The notes under the pieces: generated by a model
Databases searched by the model: none
What the model was told of the DNA's origin: nothing
What the model saw: only the letters and a program-made list of their open reading frames with translations
DNA from: an uncultured delta proteobacterium
GTDB lineage: Bacteria > Desulfobacterota > Desulfomonilia > UBA1062
DNA: 57,212 nucleotides
Direction: 5' to 3'
Assembly (NCBI GenBank): GCA_963752595.1
Contig: CAVVYZ010000031.1
Coordinates: 1 to 57,212 of the forward strand
Shown here: one piece after another, positions 35,601 through 44,452 of the stretch
How positions within the stretch are numbered: the stretch's first letter is position 1
How the letters are laid out: each line of letters begins with the position of its first letter
Translations under genes and position numbers: made by a program

Positions 35601-36896
35601 CATCTCAAGGACCTCGCGGGCAAGACCAGGATCTGGCTCCCCCAGATACACCCGTATATTCCTCAGTTATGGGCTGCCGTACTCAGGAGATACGGCTATG
35701 ACGCCATTCCCACAGGGGAAGAGACTTCAGCCGAGTGCACGTTGGGCCGCTCCTATTGTCGAGGAAGCGAATGCCTGCCTGCAGCAGTAACCATCGGGAA
35801 ATTCCTCTCCTGTGTCTCAAACAATGCGCCCGGTTCCGGAGAGGTGAACGATGTGCTCTTCATGCCCCGTGCGGAGGGTCCATGCAGGTTCGGCCAGTAT
35901 GCAACGCTGCAATCCCGCATTCTTGAACAGAGGGACCTTACCAAAACCAGGATTTTTGCTCCCACGTCCGAAGACGGGTATTCCTTCCTCACCCCGGCCA
36001 TGGAGCGCAATGTCTGGCGCGCCATGTGCCTGGGCGACCTGCTCTTCAAGTTGAGATGCAAAACCATGCCCTATCACCCTGACCCCGGGTACGCCTCGAA
36101 ACTCTTCGAGCAGGCTTTGCAGGAGATCGGCTATCAGCTGCTCATGGGTTATGAGTGGAAAGAAACCGTCCGCTCGCTGATTGGAGAGCTTCAATCTTCC
36201 CTTGACCCTGCACAAACCAGGAAGCCACTGGTGGGGATCGTGGGAGAGATCTTTGTACGGATGAATACCTTCTCGAATCAGCACATCATTGAGGCAATCG
36301 AGGCGGAAGGCGGCGAAGCCTGGCTCTCGCCCATGTCGGAATGGTTATACTACGTCTGGGAGGCTGTCGCCAGAAAGAGCAAGCTGGCAAAGTCCGTGAC
36401 GACCTCGGTGAAAATGCGCTTCATGCATATGATCGAGCAGAAGATGCACTCCCTCTTTTCACCGCTCCTCGACGACAGGAAAGAACCTCCCCTTCGTCAT
36501 GTGATCGACCGGGGCCTGCAGTTTATCCCCTTCGAACTCGAGGGCGAGGCCATCCTTACCATTGGCAGGGCCAAGCTGTTCGCCGAGCAGGGAGCGTCCC
36601 TTGTGGTCAACTGCTCTCCCTTCGGCTGCATGCCCGGCCGGATTACCTCTTACCTTTTCCAGAAGCACCCTGACTATTTCGAAGTCCCGATCGTCAACCT
36701 TTTCTTCGACGGGATCGGGGACGTGGCTTCCCAGGTAGGCATTTACCTCAGGTCCATCACACAGAACGCGCCGCCTCAACAGAAAGAGTATGTACAGCTT
36801 TTCACTGACAGGAGAGACGGAAGGAGCCCGCAGGCTTTTACCGGCATCCCTTCAACAGAGGATCTTCCCCATCCCAATGACATGGATCTGATGTAG
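32658..36896 (+). CDS. Fused BCR/HAD-family protein (2 ASKHA activator + 2 reductase-type domains); PlsA/Ger-like
   Basis: Two GxDxGS/CAAGTGSF/RCxVF activator domains, then GRPYN, FSCGPD, LELDEH, ECLP, GPCRFGQY, GIVGEIFVR, PFGCMP; ~1410 aa, intact. Confidence 0.85.
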   Translation: MSYLGVDIGSSYVKIWHKDESGSFLSSKCIHHRGSPRETLRNELFHMSIRPERLCYSGHVHGQGLERWRSDGLLAEIKFLKDIYPQRTVLVLGAEKIELVHFNAQGRILSYRTNPACAAGTGSFLDEQMDRLGIKLADLKYIKIDENAPMVATRCAVFAKTDLIHLQQDGHSPHALYNGLCKGLVMSGLKSIFGGSIPDGSGILLTGGLLENPHIRHYLAAVLPGATIAQAPVFSRAMGLCESARLGDYAMDGFLDCLKGSLRDSLADTGQGALVLVKSRFPSHEMKRSLDGEGNEIWHDIKQGETFDAYLGVDVGSTSTKAVLVDNLTSSIRLDIYTKTSGNPIDATRRIFKSITLLQESTGFGLKIKGCCTTGSGRKLVGTIIGADLIINEISAHAKGAKSVDEHVETIFEIGGQDSKFIRLDKGRIVDVNMNYVCAAGTGSFIEEQANTLGMTLDEISEAVYGLSPLHNSDRCTVFMNQEVTRQLASGYAKGSIMAGVLYAVFKNYLNRVVGNHPYRSDKIVFQGATARNKGLVAALEQITGAEVMVSPFCHVMGAYGAALLVKERGMSASSFKGFALPEVAVGESSCRKCENMCRITTVKTGERKVSWGYLCGREQNSLKKREDNPAMRLRYDLLQRHSTDYKGRDRIVRIPALGLYDEFIPLFTEIGHELDIPIQVCYPGKEEILDELSLLGSGDFCYPIKVAIACTNVLLRTFPNDPVLLPFLVQEDKDPAILPRSLYCPFITALPSFYLKGPDAHRVSTPVIDLSMKISGQARQMRDFIEKESLAKVPFSRIKKAVKKGIKRLSDCRKSLEDQGKAMIEDLPQGKPVIVLFGRPYNLYHKILNLGLPELIESLGYQVIPMDIVPDEVSNEQVMEQYPDLYWTLGQKILRKALTIKNKHTMFPLMLSNFSCGPDSFVLSYFEEVSQNKPYLILELDEHGSAAGYQTRIEAFCDMIEQYRAGEAKPTKSAPNRIGHHLKDLAGKTRIWLPQIHPYIPQLWAAVLRRYGYDAIPTGEETSAECTLGRSYCRGSECLPAAVTIGKFLSCVSNNAPGSGEVNDVLFMPRAEGPCRFGQYATLQSRILEQRDLTKTRIFAPTSEDGYSFLTPAMERNVWRAMCLGDLLFKLRCKTMPYHPDPGYASKLFEQALQEIGYQLLMGYEWKETVRSLIGELQSSLDPAQTRKPLVGIVGEIFVRMNTFSNQHIIEAIEAEGGEAWLSPMSEWLYYVWEAVARKSKLAKSVTTSVKMRFMHMIEQKMHSLFSPLLDDRKEPPLRHVIDRGLQFIPFELEGEAILTIGRAKLFAEQGASLVVNCSPFGCMPGRITSYLFQKHPDYFEVPIVNLFFDGIGDVASQVGIYLRSITQNAPPQQKEYVQLFTDRRDGRSPQAFTGIPSTEDLPHPNDMDLM

Positions 36897-36918
36897 CCAA
36901 GACACTGCATCTTAAAAA

Positions 36919-36961
36919 AGAGCCCATCCTTTGCAAGCATTTGCCCGCGAAGGGTGGGTTT
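36919..36961 (+). terminator. Probable terminator hairpin
   Basis: AGCCCATCCTTTGC...GCGAAGGGTGGGTTT with G-U pairs, after the stop codon. Confidence 0.5.
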
Positions 36962-37031
36962 GAATACCGTCTTCTTTTTCTCCCCTGCTAGAGCCTTTAC
37001 AATGTTCCTGATAATTTTTACAGAATTGCCC

Positions 37032-37088
37032 TTGACAAAAAGGGAGTAATCATTATTATCATTTAGTAATGAGTTCTCATTACTAAAT
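37032..37088 (+). promoter_or_regulatory. Sigma70 promoter with overlapping palindromic operator
   Basis: TTGACA 37032, TATTAT 37054; ATTTAGTAATGAG-tt-CTCATTACTAAAT at 37061-37088. Confidence 0.75.
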
Positions 37089-37315
37089 TATTTAAACATG
37101 TTCTCATTCGCCTTTGTCTTCTGTGCGAGTGGCATGTTGATGACAGGTTTTACTTGTTCGCAGAGTATTTACGGATCCTTCCTTCAGCAGCAGGATAGCT
37201 ATGCTCAAACTGCAGGAGAGTTATGCCCCGATATTCTGCGGGCATGATGGGGAAAGGGAAGCCCTCGTCGTGAGATCTTTCCCTATGCATATCTTACGAA
37301 TGGCTGGGAGGCTTT

Positions 37316-38554
37316 ATGGTTTTGGATCTTGATGGTCTTTTTCTCGTACCGCGAAGGCAGGCAGGGGGTGAATCAACCGGTGTCATATCTCTTGTACGGC
37401 AATGGGCGGACAAGGAAATCATAGGAAAACGTCTCGCCTACCTCCAGAATTACCCGGTCCTGTTCATGGAGAAGTTCCGGGTTCTCGCTTTATCAATGGG
37501 ACTTCAGAAGCTCGCTGTCTCAGAAGATCAGGGGGGGTTCGGCTGGAACACACCTGACCATGCCTCTGATATCTTGGAGGTGGTCACCGGGATCGCACGG
37601 GCTGATGCGTCCGCCTCCGTTCTCATGGCCATGAATTATGCGATCTTCTCCTCTGTCATCGAAACGGTATCATCGGAAAACTCGGATTCCTGCCATGATC
37701 TCACCCGGCGATATCTCTCCGATGAACTCATGCTCTCCTCCTGTATTCTTCCAGGGCCAGGATTTGCAGGCGAAATCACCCCACTCTTCAAAGGCCGTTC
37801 TCTCCGGGCAAAACTGGAGAAGGCAGGAACCGGATTCGTGATCAGCGGGACAAGCCTTCGCCCACTTGCCGGAGGAAAACTTGCTAACCTGTTCTGCACC
37901 GTCTGCACAGGTGTGGACGGCCTTCCCGTCATCGCACTGATGCCGGCAGAAGCCAAAGGAATCACCAGAGGCAACTCGATCATGACCACTGGCCTCAATG
38001 CCTGCACCAATGCAGATATCACCTTTGAGAAGGTGAAGCTCCCACGGGAGCAGCTCATCGATTATCCGGGGGCATCGGGAAATCTCCACACCTGGATCAA
38101 CCTCCTCTTCGGTGGGGCAAGTCTCGGTGCCGGTCTGAATTTTTTTGAAATCCTGAGCGACTGGTGCGAGACACGGGTCATCAAGGGGTCTGGGCTTCTC
38201 AAGGAAAATCCGCTCTGTGCTTCCGTCCTGGCCGATGTGGCAGAGGAGTTGGCATGCACGAAGCTCCTTCTGCAGGACCTTGCAAGCCTCATATCCTCAG
38301 AGTCAGGTCAAGGAAAGGAGGCCGGTCTTTTCACCTATGCCGGCATGATCGGTGCCCGCGCCCAGCAGTCGGTGATGAGGGCCATCAACAGGGGCCTCGA
38401 ACTTATGGGGTCGGCCGGTTATGCAAAGGAATGGCACGCAGAAAAGCACTGGCGGGATGTGAAGACGATCCAGTCTGTCCTCTGCGGTGTCGGTGCCGAG
38501 GCGCCTGTAAAGATCGATACCGCCCGATATTTCTATACCTGCAATGACATATGA
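37316..38554 (+). CDS. Acyl-CoA dehydrogenase family protein (divergent)
   Basis: GGFG, IARADAS, ADITFEKV, ELMGSAGYAKEWHAEKHWRDVK. Confidence 0.85.
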   Translation: MVLDLDGLFLVPRRQAGGESTGVISLVRQWADKEIIGKRLAYLQNYPVLFMEKFRVLALSMGLQKLAVSEDQGGFGWNTPDHASDILEVVTGIARADASASVLMAMNYAIFSSVIETVSSENSDSCHDLTRRYLSDELMLSSCILPGPGFAGEITPLFKGRSLRAKLEKAGTGFVISGTSLRPLAGGKLANLFCTVCTGVDGLPVIALMPAEAKGITRGNSIMTTGLNACTNADITFEKVKLPREQLIDYPGASGNLHTWINLLFGGASLGAGLNFFEILSDWCETRVIKGSGLLKENPLCASVLADVAEELACTKLLLQDLASLISSESGQGKEAGLFTYAGMIGARAQQSVMRAINRGLELMGSAGYAKEWHAEKHWRDVKTIQSVLCGVGAEAPVKIDTARYFYTCNDI

Positions 38555-38568
38555 CAAGGAGTAGCTGT

Positions 38569-39843
38569 ATGAAGACATTTGACGACTTCTCAAGGCCTCT
38601 TGAATATATATCGCCCCTGGACAAGCATTTCAGGGCGGTCCTACGGAAATATATCGAGCAGGAGGTCATGCCTTACCGGCGGAAATATGATGAGGACTGG
38701 AAGAGCCACACCCTCATCGAGCCCGCCTTCGACAAACTCATGGGCGAGCTCGGCCTCCAGAAAGCCCTCTTCCCGCAGGAATACGGCGGCTGGGGCATGG
38801 CAAATTCCGATTATGTCTTCCGCATCGCATACATGCTCTGCGAAGAATTCGGCAGGGCGGACACGGGCATGGCGGTAGCCTTGACCGTCACCTACTGGCC
38901 GCTCCTGGTGATCCTCGTGGAACCATATGTGAACGAAAGGCTCACCAAGGAGTTCGCACCCATGTTCTGCAATACAAAAAAAGCAGTCTTTGCCGCAAAT
39001 GCCATGACCGAGCCCCAGGGAGGATCCGATATCGAGAACATGGGGCTCCTGGGAGGCAGGACCATTCATACCACGGCCCGGCTCGACGGCGACGAATGGG
39101 TCATCAACGGCCACAAGCTCTGGCCTACCAACTCGGGCGGTGTATCCAAGCTCTTCGGCGTGCCGTGCACCACCAGGTCCGGCTCATCAGACTTAAACGA
39201 CTTTGCTTTCATCTTCGTGCCGGCCGACGCCAAGGGTGTTACCCAGGGCGGTGCGTACGAGAAGGCAGGCATGGCTGCCGACAAGAACGGTGACATCTGG
39301 TTCGATAATGTCCGCGTCCCGAGCTGGTACCGGGCACACGGCCCGGGCAGGGATGCAGAAGCCTTCTACCAGCTCATATCCTTCGGCCAGGTGGCGAGCG
39401 CAGCCTTCCTCACCGGTGCCATGCTCAATCTCTACGAGCGGCTCAATGAGTTTGTCTCCACCCGGACCTACAACAACAGGCCGCTCAAAGAGAATGACGC
39501 CGTTGCCGGGATCATCGGCAGGATCGCGGGCGACATCGATATCTGCAGGATCTTGGGCCACGAGGCTGCCATGATGGGCGACCGCCGCAACAAGCCCTAC
39601 GGCCTGCCTATCATGTCCGAAGAAGTGGTGGGCAAGATCCGCAACATCAAGGACTTCATTTCGGACAAGGCGGTCGACAACTTCGGCAAGGCAATGGACG
39701 TCCTGGGATGCTATGGGGCAGACCGCGATTGGGATATCGAGAAGCACTGGCGTGATATCAAGATCATCCAGCTCTGGATGGGTGGAAAGCAGCTCTGCCA
39801 GATGGAGGCTGCCCGATACTTCTTCAATTGCGAGACACTCTAG
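38569..39843 (+). CDS. Acyl-CoA dehydrogenase family protein
   Basis: PQEYGGWG, MTEPQGGSD, WVINGHKLWPTN, FDNVRVP, EKHWRDIK. Confidence 0.92.
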   Translation: MKTFDDFSRPLEYISPLDKHFRAVLRKYIEQEVMPYRRKYDEDWKSHTLIEPAFDKLMGELGLQKALFPQEYGGWGMANSDYVFRIAYMLCEEFGRADTGMAVALTVTYWPLLVILVEPYVNERLTKEFAPMFCNTKKAVFAANAMTEPQGGSDIENMGLLGGRTIHTTARLDGDEWVINGHKLWPTNSGGVSKLFGVPCTTRSGSSDLNDFAFIFVPADAKGVTQGGAYEKAGMAADKNGDIWFDNVRVPSWYRAHGPGRDAEAFYQLISFGQVASAAFLTGAMLNLYERLNEFVSTRTYNNRPLKENDAVAGIIGRIAGDIDICRILGHEAAMMGDRRNKPYGLPIMSEEVVGKIRNIKDFISDKAVDNFGKAMDVLGCYGADRDWDIEKHWRDIKIIQLWMGGKQLCQMEAARYFFNCETL

Positions 39844-39854
39844 GAGGCAGGTCT

Positions 39855-40292
39855 ATGATGAGCCGACCGAACAGAGGCATTATCGATGCAGGGAGCCGGG
39901 TCCTGGAACAGGTTATGGCCAAGCCCGCGTTCAAGGACGACCTGAGGGCTCTGCTCAACAATATCGACCCGGAGAACAGCCCCCGGCTTATCCGGACAAT
40001 GCTGGGCAGAGACATCGAGGTGCCACTTGCCGTCATGTCTGCACTGCCCGGCATAGCGAATATCCTCATCAGAATGGCTGACGAGCTCATCCGGCAGGTT
40101 TACGACAAATTCCCTGACCCTCTCCTCCAGGGCTTTGCCGAGTCGCTGCTGGCCGAGATCGACCACGAAGCCCTTGCCCGTACCGTCGAAGGCATGCAGC
40201 AGCTCGGCCGGGACTTGACACCGGTGTTTCAGGAAATGCTGAAAAAGATGGAAACTAGGCAGGTGCGCACTGCCAAAGGAGCCCTCCCATGA
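39855..40292 (+). CDS. Hypothetical alpha-helical protein (paralog A)
   Basis: GGAGG RBS; similar to the next ORF. Confidence 0.8.
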   Translation: MMSRPNRGIIDAGSRVLEQVMAKPAFKDDLRALLNNIDPENSPRLIRTMLGRDIEVPLAVMSALPGIANILIRMADELIRQVYDKFPDPLLQGFAESLLAEIDHEALARTVEGMQQLGRDLTPVFQEMLKKMETRQVRTAKGALP

Positions 40293-40948
40293 ATAACGCG
40301 ATGCATCCGGCGAACCGAGGCGGCATCATCAGAGAGCTTCTGAGGACGCCGGTCTTCAAGGATATCATCAGGAACAATACGCATGCATTGCAGTATGGGA
40401 GCGGCAGTACCATGGTCAAGACCGTCATGGGCCAGGACCCCGAGGTCTTCCTCAATCTCGCCGTCTCGACGCCCGCTCTCGTAAATATTTTTACCCGCGC
40501 CCTGGCAGAGCTGGGGCAGCAGCTCAAAAGCCAGTACCCCCCCGACACCCTTGCCGTCTTCATGGAAAGCATCCTCGGCGAGATCGATACCGGCTCGCTG
40601 AAACAATGCGATCTGGTGTGGAAAGACCTCATCAGCTCCCTGCTGAGGTCTTCGCCCGAGGTGATGAAAAAGCTTGCGGGCAAGGCTCTTTCAACAGGAC
40701 CGGCCACGGCGGCACAGGCAATCGATGCCCTCTCCCGGGCGCTTAACAGCCTGGAAAGGGACAGGCCCGGGGCTCTAAGCGGCTTCATAACCGATATGCT
40801 TCTCCACGTTGACCGGCCGGGAGCATCCAATGCCGCTCGCCTCATAGCCGGGGCGGTCCTCGACCAGAAGTGGCATGTATGCTCCCGGCTCTTCGGTCTT
40901 ATGCTGAGCAGGATCAGAAAGCGTTTCACTCTCCGGAGGTCGTGCTGA
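40289..40948 (+). CDS. Hypothetical alpha-helical protein (paralog B)
   Basis: ATGA overlap with the previous gene; shared P.FKD/G.D.EV/ES.L.EID pattern. Confidence 0.8.
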   Translation: MNNAMHPANRGGIIRELLRTPVFKDIIRNNTHALQYGSGSTMVKTVMGQDPEVFLNLAVSTPALVNIFTRALAELGQQLKSQYPPDTLAVFMESILGEIDTGSLKQCDLVWKDLISSLLRSSPEVMKKLAGKALSTGPATAAQAIDALSRALNSLERDRPGALSGFITDMLLHVDRPGASNAARLIAGAVLDQKWHVCSRLFGLMLSRIRKRFTLRRSC

Positions 40949-41097
40949 GATGCCGGTCGTACAGCGTATCGTTTCTTTGACTTTTCCGAGGTCTGACAAT
41001 CCCTCCAGGGAAGAAGGTGCAGCCGGAACCGGAAGGTATACTTACGGCAAGGCAAATAATAAAACATCATTACAGATAATAAGGTGATCCTGTGCCC

Positions 41098-41733
41098 ATG
41101 TTGAAGCTCACAGAAAAAAAGCGGCAGTATACAAGAGAAGCGATCATAGAAGCTGCTGAAGATCTGTTCAGCCGGCACGGCTACCACAATACGCAGGTCA
41201 TGGATATCGTCAAGGCCGTGGGCATGTCTGCAGGGACATTCTACAACTACTTCAAGGACAAGCGCGACCTCTTCGCACAGATTACCCGCCAGAACTTCGA
41301 CGATCTCAGGACCCAGGTCAGGGAGGTCAGAATACCGGTGAACATCTGGGACCGGAAAGACCGGATAGCGAAACTGGACGAGACCTATGCGGCATACTTC
41401 GATTACATAGATGGCCACAGACACCAGTACCTCATCCTCCTGCGTGGCAGCTACGGCGTGGACGAGGAATTTGACGACAACGTATGGAGCTACTACAGCG
41501 ACATAACTCAGGATCTCACCGAAGACATCCAGGGCTGGCTGGATATCGGCGTTATCGCCAAGGTAAACCCCCATACCCTTGCCTGCGCCGTGGTGGGCAT
41601 GACCATGCACCTCGGCCACACCTACCTCATGGAAAACAAGTTCAGCCGGGATGAGGCGATCCAGATGCTCACCTTCATGAGTAACCTGATGTTCGAGTCG
41701 TACCTGACAGAAGCGGGCAGAAAAGCCCTTTAA
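41098..41733 (+). CDS. TetR/AcrR family regulator
   Basis: AAEDLFSRHGYHNTQVMDIV..VGMSAGTFYNYFKDK. Confidence 0.93.
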   Translation: MLKLTEKKRQYTREAIIEAAEDLFSRHGYHNTQVMDIVKAVGMSAGTFYNYFKDKRDLFAQITRQNFDDLRTQVREVRIPVNIWDRKDRIAKLDETYAAYFDYIDGHRHQYLILLRGSYGVDEEFDDNVWSYYSDITQDLTEDIQGWLDIGVIAKVNPHTLACAVVGMTMHLGHTYLMENKFSRDEAIQMLTFMSNLMFESYLTEAGRKAL

Positions 41734-41766
41734 GGAACTGAACTAGATGAAGCGGAGGTTTGTACG

Positions 41767-43051
41767 ATGAATACCACTGACCATCAGACAGAGATTGCCC
41801 GTCTCTCGGCAAAGATTATCGGAGAAACGATCCGGGCAAGAGGCACTATGGTTTTGTTCAGCGAGGTCGCCCGGGAGATGATCGATGAATGGGCAAAGAA
41901 GGGTGGAATCAGAAACAGGCTCGCATCCCCTGCCAGGTGGATCGTTTCAAAGTTCCTCAGACCGGGCGGCAGGGGAACCGTCAGGGGCATATCGGCCGAC
42001 GTGGGAAGGCTCCTGACCGTAGTCGCGAGAAAGGTCAATGCCGACCAGCAGAAAAGACCCTGTCTGCCATACGACGACACGAGGGGACGCCATCCATGAT
42101 TTTCTCAAACATACCGACTTCGGCGAGATCAGGGAGATGGTCGAGGGTTCGGACCCGTGCATCCTCAAGACCATCGAGGCCTTCAACGAGCAGCTCTGGA
42201 AGTACCCGGCAAAGGTGGGCACACTCGTCGCGACCGTCATCCCGCTCATGAACACACTGATGAGGGTTCTGCGTGAAATCCTGGTCCCCATCGAGAAGGC
42301 CGTCGGCCCCGATCTGCTCGCAGATATTATCCTCTCCGTCATCAGGGGCATCAACGGGACTGACGCGGCAAAACTCACCAACTCCCTGCAGGAGGCTGTC
42401 CGGAGGGTCCACACGGGGAGTCTCCTTCTCGGTAAGGGCGGCAAGCCGCTGTTCCAGATCTACCTCACAGACCTGCTACAGGACTGCATGACTGAAATGG
42501 ACCCGGTGCTCCTGAAAAAAGTCCGTATCGTCTTTGCCGAAGACAGGGAGGCAATCGCGAACGCCATGGCGGATGGCTTAAGCGACAACCCTGAGATAAC
42601 ACGTATCCTTCCTGGCATCCATGGGCCAGGTGAAGACCTCGGACATCAAGGCAAGATCCCGCAGACTGGGCGTCATCGAGGAGATGGACCATCGAGAGCC
42701 TTGAATCTGCCGTATCCGAGAGCATGTCGGACCTCGATACCTATGAGATCGCCGGGCTCGTGAACACTCTCTGCAGGGTCGCCAACCGGATACACGATGC
42801 CAGGCCGGACATCATGAGCAACCCTTAAGCGGCATCATGGATTCCGTAAGCGTCGGAAGAAGTCGGAAAAACCGCGCAGTGGCTGATCCCCGATTTGGTT
42901 GATGCGTAAAGCCGCTGGCTGCGAGGTGATGCCCATACTGATGAAATCACTCCGTGACCTTATGAATCCTGATGATAACTATAAAAGCCCTGAGCGCTCA
43001 GACGGCATGGATGCCTTCAGGGCAGCTCCGGCATCAGGGGGTGAGCGATGA
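41767..43051 (+). CDS. Hypothetical alpha-helical protein (paralog C, frameshifted)
   Basis: GGAGG RBS; ORFs 41767-42099 and 42038-42763 plus continuation to an ATGA overlap at 43048-43051. Confidence 0.65.
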
Positions 43052-44185
43052 AGGAAAACTGAAACAGTGCTGCAGCCGCCTTGAACAATGAATTCATCCA
43101 GAAATGGAAAGAATGAAGGTGGCAAGGTCGTGGGCTACTCGTGCACCTTCATCCCCGAAGAGATCCTCCATGCCGCAGGGCTGCTGCCGTTCAGATTGCG
43201 GGGCATAGGTACCACATCGGTCTCCATCGGTGATTCATACTTCGGCCCGGTAAACTGCAGCCTGCCCAAGTGCATGCTGCAGCTTGCCGGACAGGGGTCG
43301 TACACCTTCCTCGACGGCGCGATAATCAGCAACGGCTGCGACTCCATGCGCAGGCTCGAGGAGTGCTGGAGAAAGGCGAGCGACGACTACCCGGGCACCC
43401 TGCCTGGATACTACGAGTACTTCTCCGTGCCCCACAAGGCAGTGGATTACAGCATCGATTTTATACCCAGGAGCTTGAAGGATATGATCGCAACCCTTGA
43501 GAGGCATTTCAAGGTCAAGATCACCGGATAAGGCCCTGAAGAAATCGATCAAGCTCTACAACCAGGGAAGAGCCCTCCTGCGGAAACTCGACGGGCTCAG
43601 GGAGCCGCAGGCGAAGTGCCCATCACGGGCGAGGATGCCATGGCCATCCTCATTGCAGGCCATGCCATGCCGCGTGAAGAGTTGCAGCGCCAGCTCGAGG
43701 ATCATCATTGCAGACCTCGAAAAGGCGCCATCAGTATCGGACCAGAAGAAGCGCCTCATGCTCGTCGGGAGCGCCAACGACGATGTGGATTTCATCAGGT
43801 CTGATCGAGGACGGAGGTGCCATTGTCGTTGCAGACACGGTCTGCTTCGGGTCGCGTACGCTATGCAAACCTCGTGGATGAACGGCGGACCCGATCCTTA
43901 CCCTCGCATCCCACTACCTGAACAACAGCATCTGCCCCCGCATGCTCGGCTCATACAAGGACCGGCGTTCCTACATCATGGACACCGTGAAAAGGCTGCG
44001 GTCGACGGCGTCATCCTGCAGAACGTGCGCTTCTGCGACCTTCATGGCTCGGAGAACGGCGTGCTCGAACGCGACCTGGAGGCAGCGGGAATTCCCTGCA
44101 TGCGCCTCGAGAGGGAGTACGGCCCCCTGGTGGAGACGGCAGGATCAGGATGCGACTCGATGCCTTCATGGAGAGGATATCATAA
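43048..44185 (+). CDS. BCR/HAD family Fe-S subunit (HgdB/BcrC-type), frameshifted
   Basis: GYSCTFIPEE.LHAAG, NCS, GCD, VCFG, ICPR, RFCDLH, LEREY, RLDAF. Confidence 0.85.
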
Positions 44186-44196
44186 AGGAGGTTACC

Positions 44197-44439
44197 ATGT
44201 GCGAGATTGACAGAGAGAAGTTGCCCTGGAGGTTTTGCGGGACATCGCCCTGGATGACGGCAGGATGCTGGCCGAAAGGCAGCGGGCCATCGATGCGCTC
44301 ACCCTCTTCCTTCTTCCTCGGCGGTCAGACCCTGGAATACATCGCCCGCAAGACCGACCTGGAGGTCCTCAAGGATCGCGCCAGGCTCTACATCCAGCGC
44401 ATCAAGTCCGGGGCGCATCTGAGTATGTCCGCGGTCTAG
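44197..44439 (+). CDS. Small hypothetical protein (~80 aa, frameshifted)
   Basis: AAGGAGG RBS before ATG 44197; TAG 44439 followed by the RBS of the next gene. Confidence 0.6.
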   Translation: MCEIDREKLPWRFCGTSPWMTAGCWPKGSGPSMRSPSSFFLGGQTLEYIARKTDLEVLKDRARLYIQRIKSGAHLSMSAV

Positions 44440-44452
44440 GAGGAAGAGGCAT

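Noticed and set aside
40255-41619. 454-aa minus-strand ORF (also 9547-10647 minus)
   Set aside because: Antisense to well-supported genes, with no motifs
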